Translations under genes and position numbers: made by a program
DNA from: an uncultured Alphaproteobacteria bacterium
GTDB lineage: Bacteria; Pseudomonadota; Alphaproteobacteria; Rs-D84
Assembly (NCBI GenBank): GCA_905233975.1
Contig: CAJOGD010000006.1
Location: 19,609-83,608 of the forward strand
Direction: 5' to 3'
Length of the DNA: 64,000 bases
Notes under the pieces: model-generated
Seen by the model: the letters and a program-made list of their open reading frames with translations, nothing else
The model's database searches: none
Told to the model about the DNA's origin: nothing
Shown here: positions 9,367 through 18,161 of the stretch, piece by piece
Position numbering within the stretch: the first letter of the stretch is position 1
Layout of the letters: each line of letters opens with the position of its first letter

Positions 9367-10374
9367 ATGGCCCTAGAAGAAATTATATTTCCCAATAATA
9401 TTCGTAATATCAGATTGGCGGCGGGTATGAAAATGACCGAACTTGCGCGACGGTCTAATTTATCTTTGTCCGCTGTGTCCAAGATAGAAAAAGGTGTCCG
9501 GCGCCTTAATCAAAAGCAATTACTTAATATTTGCAAAATCTTGGGCTGTAAATTGTCCGATATTTTCATCAAGGATACTGACGAGGTTGCATCAAAATGG
9601 CAAGATGAAATCACACGCCGTATGAATGATAACGAAGATGGCGGGCTAAAGATTTTTGGTAGTGGTTTGCGCAAAATACGTCAGCAATCCGGCAAAACCA
9701 TTGCCCAGGCGGCAAAAGACGCCGGCATGACACTATCGGTGTATCATAAAATAGAAGTCGGCCAGCGCGAGGTCTATAAAAACGAAATCGAACCATTGGC
9801 TCAATCTTTCGCGCATTCTGTGGAAAGTTTGTTCAATAAAATTGCCGAACTTTACAAATCTGGCGAACTGACCAAACAAATGAACAAGGTCAAAGAAGGC
9901 GTCAAGGCCGTTTTGGTACCGGGTGGAACCGATGATTTGGACGACGTACATGGCCATTTGTACAGTGCAAAACTTTATGATAACGCACGCAAAAAATTGG
10001 TTCCGGTATTTGGAAAGCCCGAAGGCAAAGCGATTGCTTTTGCGAAATCGGATTCAAATATGATTGTTGCACCGGCTAATCTCGAAGGCCGTCGTGATGT
10101 GTATGCAATCATACCTAACTCTAAACGTTTGGGCGGCTTTATACCCGAAAACTCTTATGTCTTCGCTGATATCAAGGCGGCGGTGGCCCCCGGGGATTTG
10201 GCGGTCTTTATTGATACAGACTTTAATTCCCTTAAATCAGAAGAAGCCGTTGTTGCAAATATTGCCATTGTGCGTAAAGATGCCAAAGGCAAAATTTATG
10301 GTCAAATGGTATCTCCGGACGAAAAGATTTCTGCCCAAACTATGCACAAGGTAATAATGTTTATCAACGAATAG
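9367..10374 (+). CDS. XRE-family regulator with two HTH domains and a degenerate S24-like C-terminus
   Basis: Two Cro/C1 HTHs ('ELARRSNLSLSAVSKIEKG' and 'AAKDAGMTLSVYHKIEVG') and a 'VPVFG...YAI...PGDLAV' tail. Confidence 0.8.
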   Translation: MALEEIIFPNNIRNIRLAAGMKMTELARRSNLSLSAVSKIEKGVRRLNQKQLLNICKILGCKLSDIFIKDTDEVASKWQDEITRRMNDNEDGGLKIFGSGLRKIRQQSGKTIAQAAKDAGMTLSVYHKIEVGQREVYKNEIEPLAQSFAHSVESLFNKIAELYKSGELTKQMNKVKEGVKAVLVPGGTDDLDDVHGHLYSAKLYDNARKKLVPVFGKPEGKAIAFAKSDSNMIVAPANLEGRRDVYAIIPNSKRLGGFIPENSYVFADIKAAVAPGDLAVFIDTDFNSLKSEEAVVANIAIVRKDAKGKIYGQMVSPDEKISAQTMHKVIMFINE

Positions 10375-10398
10375 ACAACCAAGGAGGGGGCAAACATC

Positions 10399-11052
10399 AT
10401 GAAGCCAAAGGCAAGTGTCGTTGCACAAAAACTTTTGAACCTGTACCGCCAGGCGCACGTTATTGTTGGCGGCTGGTCGGCGGTTAATCGTGTTTTTGTT
10501 GATGAAGCCACCGATGATGTTTTGCATGAATTAAAGGATTTGCCGACCGGTAAAATGTTGGCCGAACATATTGCCAACCTGCGATCGGGGGCAACACCTA
10601 TGGATTCTATCGCGCACGAATTATTGCCATATGGGGGGCTTATGGCCGAATCTTTGGCAACGGCAAGCATTGATGAATCCGAATTACAACAGTTAATTGC
10701 CGCCGTCGATGCGTTTAGCCCAGATTCTGATGGATTAAAGAATTTTATGGATACGGCAATAATAAAAAAATTCGGGGACGATTGGATTACAATGGCGCAA
10801 AACGCATTGATGGCAAGCCCCGATGCACTGCGGAAATTTGATGATATTGTTCGTATTTCTACGGCATATCGTTTGTGGGATGAAGCAAATGCGATACTGG
10901 CCGCCCCGGCCACAGATCGCGTTCGTGCCCATCTACAGGTGGATATGCCGGAATACGAAACATACCTGCCGATGTTTGGTGACGAAGGCAAAGAGTTGTT
11001 GCATCGTTTGCATGGGTTAACAAGTTCTATGCCATCGCACGATGCGGCTTAG
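10399..11052 (+). CDS. Hypothetical protein
   Basis: 217 aa ORF with AAGGAGG RBS; stop overlaps the terminase N-half stop. Confidence 0.75.
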   Translation: MKPKASVVAQKLLNLYRQAHVIVGGWSAVNRVFVDEATDDVLHELKDLPTGKMLAEHIANLRSGATPMDSIAHELLPYGGLMAESLATASIDESELQQLIAAVDAFSPDSDGLKNFMDTAIIKKFGDDWITMAQNALMASPDALRKFDDIVRISTAYRLWDEANAILAAPATDRVRAHLQVDMPEYETYLPMFGDEGKELLHRLHGLTSSMPSHDAA

Positions 11053-11642
11053 GCCGTTTTGTATATCGTGTCCAATGTATGCGGGGTACCGATATATATC
11101 ATCGTGCCGTTTGGTGATAGTATAAAATCAAGTTCCCTTAATCTTTCCCGCAAAATTTGCCTCTTCTTGATTGTATTAGATGTGTTTGGCACCTCTACAT
11201 CATCGCATATTATTAAATCCGCACGCATTCCGGTTATGTTTCCATATATGCCCTGGCATACAACTGATGGTTCGCGAATCCCAAGTGGTCTATTTATGGT
11301 AATTTTGTTTTCCGCCCATTCACGTTTATTCTTTGGAATCATTCCGGCACACCATGGATGATTTTCAAGAATATGACGTATATGCATAACCATTCTTGTT
11401 GCCAAATGTGTTTCCGCAGATAAAATCAGAATACGCGTTTCTGGGCGCAAAAACAAAACACATGCGGCAAAAATTCCAACAATCGTTGATTTCCCCGAAT
11501 GCCGGAACGCCATAAGCAGACCACGATGCGAATCGCCGTTTATTACATCAACAAGGAAATTCGTCATTTGATAGTGATGCAACGGCGTTTTATACCCCAA
11601 CACATTGTTCCAAGCCTCTAAAAATTCGTTATACTGATTCAT
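11049..11642 (-). CDS. Terminase large subunit, N-terminal ATPase half
   Basis: Walker A 'AFRHSGKST', Walker B 'ADLIICDDVE', coupling motif 'YIGTPH', followed by a stop. Confidence 0.85.
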   Translation of the reverse strand: MNQYNEFLEAWNNVLGYKTPLHHYQMTNFLVDVINGDSHRGLLMAFRHSGKSTIVGIFAACVLFLRPETRILILSAETHLATRMVMHIRHILENHPWCAGMIPKNKREWAENKITINRPLGIREPSVVCQGIYGNITGMRADLIICDDVEVPNTSNTIKKRQILRERLRELDFILSPNGTMIYIGTPHTLDTIYKTA

Positions 11643-11650
11643 TGTATAAA

Positions 11651-11995
11651 TTAAATTAATTTATCAAGGTGTTCCAAAATCGATGTCAGCATATTTTTTT
11701 TCTTGGTTGTGATACCCGCCAATTTATTTAGGTTCGCACGTTTTTTGTTTTCATACGGTGTTTCGGTTTCGTCCTTTATACGCGCCAACACGTTTTTTTC
11801 GGTAAGTCCATTATTCGACATACCCGACGCCCCATATTTTGCACGTTGCGCCCCCAGAACTTTCTTTACAATATTGCGCTTTTCTGCATCATCTGCGGCA
11901 ATTTCCGCGATGATTTTGTTTTTATTTTTTTCGGCGGTATTTTTATTTTCTTGATAGTTTAAAATATCCGTCACATCTGAAAGAATTTGTCCCAT
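11651..11995 (-). CDS. Putative internal virion protein
   Basis: 'GAQRAKYGASG' motif; position after tail tubular B as in podoviruses. Confidence 0.55.
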   Translation of the reverse strand: MGQILSDVTDILNYQENKNTAEKNKNKIIAEIAADDAEKRNIVKKVLGAQRAKYGASGMSNNGLTEKNVLARIKDETETPYENKKRANLNKLAGITTKKKNMLTSILEHLDKLI

Positions 11996-12009
11996 TTTAT
12001 ACTCCATTT

Positions 12010-13716
12010 TTAAATTTGATATCTTCCGTATGTCGTCACCGATAAGATTTTCAGTGGCAAACTGTCTGTTGTTGAAATTGTCCATGGTGCGTCTATTAAA
12101 TCCGCACTTGTGCCAAGAACATTGACCGACACATCACCGTCAAAGCCATCGGAATCATCAGAATAAATATCATTAGGTAAAACCCCGCGTTCGTCATTTA
12201 TAAATAATGTTTTGGTATTATAAACACGCACAGTTATTTTCGTAATCCTGATGTATTTTGCATTATGCCCCGATGTTAAAAGCGGCATTCCCTTTGCTGT
12301 TGCGGTATATGCATAATTTGTGGCATCAACAAATTCCGAATCATCGAAATATTCAAGGAAAAAGTCATCGCCACGTTTAACCACAACAAATGTTTTTCCA
12401 TCACATACGGCCACAGATTTAAATTCGCCATTTGTGGTATAACGTCCCCACGCTGATATTCCTTGGGCCACATCATAGTTCAAAACAGCCATATTTCCCG
12501 CAGACATCACAACAAAAAGTTTTTTGGTGTTTTTGTTATATGCGATGTCAATCGGTTCGGTTATCAGGTGTTTTGATAAATCGCACAAATTATTTGCGTT
12601 ATAATTTTCGCCCATTTCATCAAGCCCAAGTTGGCGAATATCTGGTCCAACCTTGGAAACAAATATTGTTTTGCCTTCCATTTGTTGTGGCGGCAAATAT
12701 TTATCTGCGATACTGCCCATAGAAGTGTGCATTTTTATATCCACAGATTCCGGCGTTAGTGGCTTATTCGAAACCGCCCATTCGCCTTCGGACGTAAGTA
12801 TTTGCAAATTGTCACTGCTGACCAATGTGCATACATGCTGTCTGCGATCAGATAACAGTGTAAAAAATATCGCCTCGTCATCTAAACCTGTTCCAAGGTT
12901 GAAATTTTTATGCTGGCCTACGTGCGACATCCATATTCCGCCCGGCCATGATTTGGCACCACCAAAGACAAGTCTATCTTGGTGAAATGTTATTGCCGAT
13001 GGCCAACCACGCCGCGGGCTAAATACGGCCTCTTGCCAATCTGACACCGGATCATTCGGCAAAGTATATGCGCCGTTGCATGTGGCGATTACTTCGGTTG
13101 GACTTACATATGTATTAACCAACCAACTTTTGCCAATGGCAAATAAATGTCCCCCAACATTATCCGCGGTCCAAAAATTTTCATTGGTTGTAAAATGGAC
13201 TTTACCGTCAGAATACGTAATGGTTATTGTTATGCCTTCGGAATCTTCGAATCGCATAAACGGTATTTCAACATTATGCGTATCCGATGAAACGGAAAAT
13301 GCGAAATACCTGATTTTAAACACACCGTTTTCATAATAAAAAATTCTTGGGGCATAATCTGGGTGCACAAATATCATCGTTCCGAATCGCTGGGCATACC
13401 GAATCTTGGGTATATCTGAACTGGTCCAAGGCGTTAACACATCTTGGACAAAGGTACCGTTTGAAAACACCCTGATGCGACCATTCATAATGGCCAATAT
13501 ATATTCTTCGGTTTCTGATACAGAAAAAGCGACCAGTCTTGCATTCGCCAGCAGTTGCGGCCCATTCTTTAATCCGGCCCTGCGAACAAGTCCGCCACCA
13601 CTGCACACATCAAAATTTTCCATATATGCAAGTCCATGAATATTTTCATTTTCGACAAAATTTATTGAAACTTCACCGTCTGCGAAAGATTTCTGTGTTT
13701 TTATAAAATTCACCAT
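12010..13716 (-). CDS. Tail tubular protein B (nozzle)-like
   Basis: 'SFADGEVS', 'GGLVRRAG', 'WPSAITFHQDRLVFGG' motifs. Confidence 0.85.
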   Translation of the reverse strand: MVNFIKTQKSFADGEVSINFVENENIHGLAYMENFDVCSGGGLVRRAGLKNGPQLLANARLVAFSVSETEEYILAIMNGRIRVFSNGTFVQDVLTPWTSSDIPKIRYAQRFGTMIFVHPDYAPRIFYYENGVFKIRYFAFSVSSDTHNVEIPFMRFEDSEGITITITYSDGKVHFTTNENFWTADNVGGHLFAIGKSWLVNTYVSPTEVIATCNGAYTLPNDPVSDWQEAVFSPRRGWPSAITFHQDRLVFGGAKSWPGGIWMSHVGQHKNFNLGTGLDDEAIFFTLLSDRRQHVCTLVSSDNLQILTSEGEWAVSNKPLTPESVDIKMHTSMGSIADKYLPPQQMEGKTIFVSKVGPDIRQLGLDEMGENYNANNLCDLSKHLITEPIDIAYNKNTKKLFVVMSAGNMAVLNYDVAQGISAWGRYTTNGEFKSVAVCDGKTFVVVKRGDDFFLEYFDDSEFVDATNYAYTATAKGMPLLTSGHNAKYIRITKITVRVYNTKTLFINDERGVLPNDIYSDDSDGFDGDVSVNVLGTSADLIDAPWTISTTDSLPLKILSVTTYGRYQI

Positions 13717-13738
13717 TTTAAAATCTCCCTTGGCTGTG

Positions 13739-14260
13739 TTAGAAACGACTATCTATCAATGAAAAATTTTCTATTCCGGTATTCACAGATGTTGTGCTGT
13801 CTATGAATTTTGCAGTTTGTAATTCATTTTCATAAAGCGCCACCAGTGTTTTAAACACCGTTTGGTCAGAAATAAGTGGCATACAAAATTCCACTGCAAG
13901 TTTTGTCGCAACCAGTGACGCAAAATAACTTGGGAATTCATTCGGTATTACGCGAACTATTGCGGTTATGGTTAATGTATCCGCACCTGACACAATTTTA
14001 TTTTCCATCAATCGACCGTTGGTTTTGATAACCCTTAACACATCAGATGGTATTACAAAGTCGCCGTTTCCATCGCGTGTCAACGTATATGTGCGACATG
14101 CAAAACGCCAAGGATGCATTGCCAACAATGTATCTATTACAAAGTCAACAAACGTCCGCCCAAGTTTTGCCGCCGCGGTATCATCTGACAATGATTGAAT
14201 TGGATTTTCACCCAATTTCAACAATGCCATTGAACACAAATCTATTTTCGTTAGCATCAT
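13739..14260 (-). CDS. Tail tubular protein A (adaptor)-like
   Basis: 'IDLCSMALLKLGENPIQSL', 'HPWRFA', 'FASLVATKLAVE'. Confidence 0.85.
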   Translation of the reverse strand: MMLTKIDLCSMALLKLGENPIQSLSDDTAAAKLGRTFVDFVIDTLLAMHPWRFACRTYTLTRDGNGDFVIPSDVLRVIKTNGRLMENKIVSGADTLTITAIVRVIPNEFPSYFASLVATKLAVEFCMPLISDQTVFKTLVALYENELQTAKFIDSTTSVNTGIENFSLIDSRF

Positions 14261-14274
14261 TTTCCCCTTATTCT

Positions 14275-14314
14275 AAAAAAATCACAGGGGGCGAAATATC
14301 CGCCCCCTTTTTTA
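14275..14314. terminator. Intrinsic terminator after the capsid/decoration genes
   Basis: agggggcg-aaatatc-cgcccct hairpin flanked by A and T tracts. Confidence 0.65.
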
Positions 14315-14330
14315 TAAACAACAAACAATC

Positions 14331-14564
14331 TTAGTCTAATGCACCTGTGGTCACCACACCAGCATCACTAACAGCGATTTTCTTTATCGATGTTTTATCC
14401 GAAGCATTGATCATGATCATGTCGCCACTGTTCATCAAAGTTGCGACCGAATCAAAATAACCACTTGCTGTGATTGTCGCCAATGTTGCGCTTTCAACAT
14501 AGTGCCACAGTGTGAAACCATTTGCGTATGCAATTACCGATAAATTTTTATTTTGAAAAGCCAT
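14331..14564 (-). CDS. Small capsid-associated (decoration-like) protein
   Basis: 77 aa 'NGFTLWHY...ITASGYF...GDMI' directly after the capsid gene. Confidence 0.6.
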   Translation of the reverse strand: MAFQNKNLSVIAYANGFTLWHYVESATLATITASGYFDSVATLMNSGDMIMINASDKTSIKKIAVSDAGVVTTGALD

Positions 14565-14587
14565 TGTTTTCCCCTTGATTATTGATG

Positions 14588-15406
14588 TTATTCACCGCAC
14601 TTAAGACGGACAATTCCCGTACCGTCAATCAAAACTGCGCCCTGGGACATGCTATTGCTAATAAAGTGCGCCGCACGTTCACCATGCCACGAAATATCAG
14701 TCTTGACTTCCTGACCGCACGCATGACCGATGCTTGATGCATGATAGATAAAGCAATCACGATGCGTTGACGAAGATAACGGCAATCCGTTATGCATCAA
14801 CCACGTAATACCAAGCCATCTTTTAACTTCGCCACCATTGATGAATGGCAAATCAGACCCAACATATTCCGCAGATGAAAATTCATCGATACCAAGCAAT
14901 TCATTCCATTGTTTCACACCAACAACGGCAAATCTGCGACCATCGTCGGGCACATCGTTTTCATTCAATTGTTCCAATGCACCAAGCACAATGGTCTTGG
15001 TCAAACCGGTCGAATAATCACCGGAATTCTGGGTCGTTGCTGTCATGGCCGAAATGATCAATTCATCGGTTTTACGACCCAATGCATATGCACCTGCCGC
15101 CGCAACAACACGACGTTCATCGATATTGACTTTCAATTCATCCAACGCATCAACCCAATCACCCGCATAGTAATCTTGCAAATTGCATTCAACGGGTTCA
15201 TGATTCAGATTCATAACCGGCACGATACCATGACGCGATTTCGTACTGGCGGTACCTTTACCAATTTTCTGAAATGTTGTAGATTTCCCAACAACCCCAG
15301 ATTTACTGCGGATTGTGGAACGCAACTTTGTTCCCATTTGTTGATACGCCAAATGGACATCAGCTTCGAATTGTTTCACAAATACTTGATCTATGGAAAC
15401 AGACAT
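14588..15406 (-). CDS. Major capsid protein (podoviral type)
   Basis: 'FVKQFEADVHLAYQQMGTKLR', 'YALGRKTDELII', 'NDVPDDGRRF', 'WLGITW'. Confidence 0.9.
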   Translation of the reverse strand: MSVSIDQVFVKQFEADVHLAYQQMGTKLRSTIRSKSGVVGKSTTFQKIGKGTASTKSRHGIVPVMNLNHEPVECNLQDYYAGDWVDALDELKVNIDERRVVAAAGAYALGRKTDELIISAMTATTQNSGDYSTGLTKTIVLGALEQLNENDVPDDGRRFAVVGVKQWNELLGIDEFSSAEYVGSDLPFINGGEVKRWLGITWLMHNGLPLSSSTHRDCFIYHASSIGHACGQEVKTDISWHGERAAHFISNSMSQGAVLIDGTGIVRLKCGE

Positions 15407-15532
15407 TATTATTCCTTTTGTTAAATGTTATACATGGTAAAAAACTTTACCGAACCAAAAATTGTTTTCTGGTTATGCACGAATGCGCCAAAAGAACAAA
15501 TTAAACGGGTCCAAACTAATGGATTATCCAAT

Positions 15533-15608
15533 CAAAAAAATTCAGTCAGACTGATCAAATCTGACTGAAAATTTTTATAAACAAAAATGCCCGACATGCG
15601 GGCATTTT
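15533..15608 (-). terminator. Two hairpins (terminators) between the histone-like gene and the capsid gene
   Basis: ttcagtcaga/tctgactgaa and aaaatgccc/gggcatttt inverted repeats with U tracts. Confidence 0.6.
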
Positions 15609-15625
15609 ATAAGTTTAGCGAATTT

Positions 15626-15922
15626 TTATTTTTTCTTTGCACATGCTTTTTTTGCACATGGTTTTTTCGCAACAACTTTCTTTGCGACCGGTTTCTTTGC
15701 CGCAACTTTCTTCACCACTGGCTTTTTTGCCGCAGGTTTTTTTGCAACGACTTTCTTTGCAACCGGTTTTTTAGCCGCAACTTTTTTTACAACTGGCTTT
15801 TTAACGGCCGGTTTCTTTGCAGCAGGTTTTGCCGCAGGTTTCTTTGCCGCCGGCTTTTTAGCAGCGACCGCTTTTTTTGCAGCAGGTTTTTTTGCCGCAG
15901 TTTTCAAGAATGTGAATGCCAT
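15626..15922 (-). CDS. Histone H1-like Lys/Ala/Pro-rich DNA-binding protein (Hc2/AlgP-like)
   Basis: Pentapeptide repeats KKPAA/KKPVV/KKVAA; AGGAG RBS. Confidence 0.8.
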   Translation of the reverse strand: MAFTFLKTAAKKPAAKKAVAAKKPAAKKPAAKPAAKKPAVKKPVVKKVAAKKPVAKKVVAKKPAAKKPVVKKVAAKKPVAKKVVAKKPCAKKACAKKK

Positions 15923-16040
15923 TCATCTCTCCTTTCTATTTTTTTGGATAGAACAAATTTCTTTTGTTCTTAATTGCATTTTATATTAAACAAAAAAATT
16001 AGTAAAGAAGAAAAGTAATTTTTTACAAAAAAAAATTACA

Positions 16041-16697
16041 TCATGAATATAATTTTTTAAAACCGTTTTCAATTTTACGTATATATTCTGCATCGTGATC
16101 ACGCCAATATTTTGGATCACGCATCATATTACGCAAATCAGAATCAGATAATTTTTCCGGGGCATTACCATCCGTTTCGACATGCGGTTCCATTGATTGC
16201 ATCATCTTATAAACGCCTTGGATTCCTTGGGGTGTAGAGCACAATTCGTTAAACGCATCGGCCGGCAAAAATCTTTCACCAAAAGATTTTATTGCGACAA
16301 AAGCATCATGCATTTTTTCTTCGCCACCAAAAAAATTTTGCAATTCTGACATCGCTTTTGTTTCTTGTTGCATTGAAAAAATTTCTGAAATTATCGGAGA
16401 TAAAAATTCCTGTGCAATACCATAAATTTTTTCTACCTGGGAATTTGTTAAACCTATTTTATGAAATTCTTGACGCACATTTTCATTATCAAACAGTTCA
16501 CTATGCGGATATTCTTCTGGATTTTCCGGAACACCAATCGCCCGCATAAAGCGGCTTTTCGTCGCTTCATCAGATTTTTCATCGGGCACAGTTATCATTC
16601 CACCAATCTTCTTTTCAAGTTCATTATAAGATTTGATTAACGCATCGCTATTAAGTGTTCCATCTTCGTTTAAAAATTTTTCTGGTACTTTTTCCAT
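16041..16697 (-). CDS. Capsid assembly scaffolding protein
   Basis: 'VPEKF...LIKSYNELEKKIG', 'GVPENPEEY', 'MMRDPKYW'. Confidence 0.8.
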   Translation of the reverse strand: MEKVPEKFLNEDGTLNSDALIKSYNELEKKIGGMITVPDEKSDEATKSRFMRAIGVPENPEEYPHSELFDNENVRQEFHKIGLTNSQVEKIYGIAQEFLSPIISEIFSMQQETKAMSELQNFFGGEEKMHDAFVAIKSFGERFLPADAFNELCSTPQGIQGVYKMMQSMEPHVETDGNAPEKLSDSDLRNMMRDPKYWRDHDAEYIRKIENGFKKLYS

Positions 16698-16698
16698 T

Positions 16699-16887
16699 TT
16701 ATTTTCCTTTTTGTTGATTTGTTTTTTGCAACATATAAATTCCGCCAATAGCAATAAATGCCTGAATTGTGGCGAACAAATCCGAATCGCCTACAAGATA
16801 TGCACATATCGCAGACAATATCCCACACGCGGTCATTATTTGTGTTCGCCGATTCGCAAAGAATCCACCATGTATGAATTTACTCAT
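16699..16887 (-). CDS. Holin-like two-TM protein
   Basis: Two short hydrophobic helices and a basic C-terminus, next to the cell wall hydrolase. Confidence 0.5.
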   Translation of the reverse strand: MSKFIHGGFFANRRTQIMTACGILSAICAYLVGDSDLFATIQAFIAIGGIYMLQKTNQQKGK

Positions 16888-16910
16888 GATTATCCCCATA
16901 TAAAAAATTA

Positions 16911-17321
16911 TTAGGCATAAAACAAAAGTCCGTCTATGTCACATACGTATCCACGTGCAACCGCCCACGACGGTAAGATTTCTACACGATGAAACATTGT
17001 TGCGTGCCGACACATATCCGGCAAATTACCATGCAACATGGTTTGGGCCACACGCAAACACATTTGGAAGTCGCATCGTGATGTATCCACAGACAAAAAT
17101 TCGTGACGTGTTGATTCGGAATTTAACGATTCGAATCGATGTGCATCAGATATAACGTGTCTAATATTTTTTATATCGTGTTCGGCGGCGTTAAAAATCA
17201 TTGACGTTAACGCCTCTACTACGCGCAAAGACTTTGCAAGCGTTTCGGCATATACGACACGTGCGACCATATATGCCAATGTCATATTTTCGCTTTGCGC
17301 TTCTATCAATTCCAACTGCAT
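16911..17321 (-). CDS. Cell wall hydrolase (SleB/Hydrolase_2-like), putative endolysin
   Basis: 'ARVVYAE' (catalytic Glu), 'ATMFH...PSWA', 'LLFY'. Confidence 0.7.
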   Translation of the reverse strand: MQLELIEAQSENMTLAYMVARVVYAETLAKSLRVVEALTSMIFNAAEHDIKNIRHVISDAHRFESLNSESTRHEFLSVDTSRCDFQMCLRVAQTMLHGNLPDMCRHATMFHRVEILPSWAVARGYVCDIDGLLFYA

Positions 17322-17335
17322 GATTTTCCCCATAT

Positions 17336-17389
17336 AAAAAAAACCACGCGGATGCGTGGCATAAAAAAATCCATACCCGAAAGTATGAA
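17336..17389 (-). terminator. Two consecutive intrinsic terminators in the leader of the virion operon
   Basis: Minus strand ttcatac-tttcgg-gtatgga+T7 and ccacgc-atcc-gcgtgg+T8. Confidence 0.7.
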
Positions 17390-17417
17390 CCTATAATATC
17401 TCCTGTTGATGTTCTAT

Positions 17418-17446
17418 AGTGTATCACAAAAGCGGCACAAAGTCAA
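17418..17446 (-). promoter_or_regulatory. Sigma70 promoter of the virion operon
   Basis: TTGACT-17 nt-TACACT on the minus strand. Confidence 0.65.
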
Positions 17447-17480
17447 GGGTTTTATAAAAATGCGCGGTTTCCATAGGGGT

Positions 17481-18161
17481 TCACATGGTTATTTCATCGC
17501 CATGAATTAATAAATATTCTGTTCCGCGTCGAACAACCAACGCACCCGAATCATTTATTCCTATCAATTCCACCATTTCGCCACGATATTTAACCAGGCC
17601 ATTTATACCAACCGCAAAAGACATCCACGCATTACGCACCGAATCGAATTCTGCCCTAATCCATTTGTCTAATTTTTTGGTTAATTGCGAAAAGAAATCC
17701 GATATATCCGCATTTGTGTATTTATCAGCCCGCGTTGTTTCATATTCTTGGACGGTCGGATTTGAATGTATGTTAATTCCGATTCCGATTATAACGAATC
17801 GCCCCGCATATTCGATTAAAACGCCCGCAATTTTCTTGCCGGCCACCAGTATATCGTTCGGCCATTTTATGGAAGATTGCACACCGAAACATTCAAGCGT
17901 TTCCGCAATAGCGACCGCCACCGCATACGAAAGTCGTGGATCACGTTCCGGTGAATTAAATATAAAACTTGCATACAAATTTCCATGATGCGAAACCCAT
18001 TTGCGGCGATACCGTCCACGTCCGTCTGATTGCGCAAGGGCCACAATCACACTGTGGTCGCGCGCCTCACCTTTGGCAATAATATCGTATGCATAATCTT
18101 GCGTACTTGATATTTTATCAAAAGAAAAAACTTTATATCCGGCCAAGTTTGAAAATCCCAT
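17481..18161 (-). CDS. birA: Biotin--[acetyl-CoA-carboxylase] ligase
   Basis: 'SSTQD', 'QSDGRGRYRRKW', 'IKWPND', 'KKIAGVL'; start uncertain. Confidence 0.9.
   Translation of the reverse strand: MGFSNLAGYKVFSFDKISSTQDYAYDIIAKGEARDHSVIVALAQSDGRGRYRRKWVSHHGNLYASFIFNSPERDPRLSYAVAVAIAETLECFGVQSSIKWPNDILVAGKKIAGVLIEYAGRFVIIGIGINIHSNPTVQEYETTRADKYTNADISDFFSQLTKKLDKWIRAEFDSVRNAWMSFAVGINGLVKYRGEMVELIGINDSGALVVRRGTEYLLIHGDEITM

Noticed and set aside
15626-15922. 15-bp periodic DNA repeats as a CRISPR or non-coding array
   Set aside because: Explained by KKPAA-type peptide repeats with synonymous variation; no spacers or cas genes
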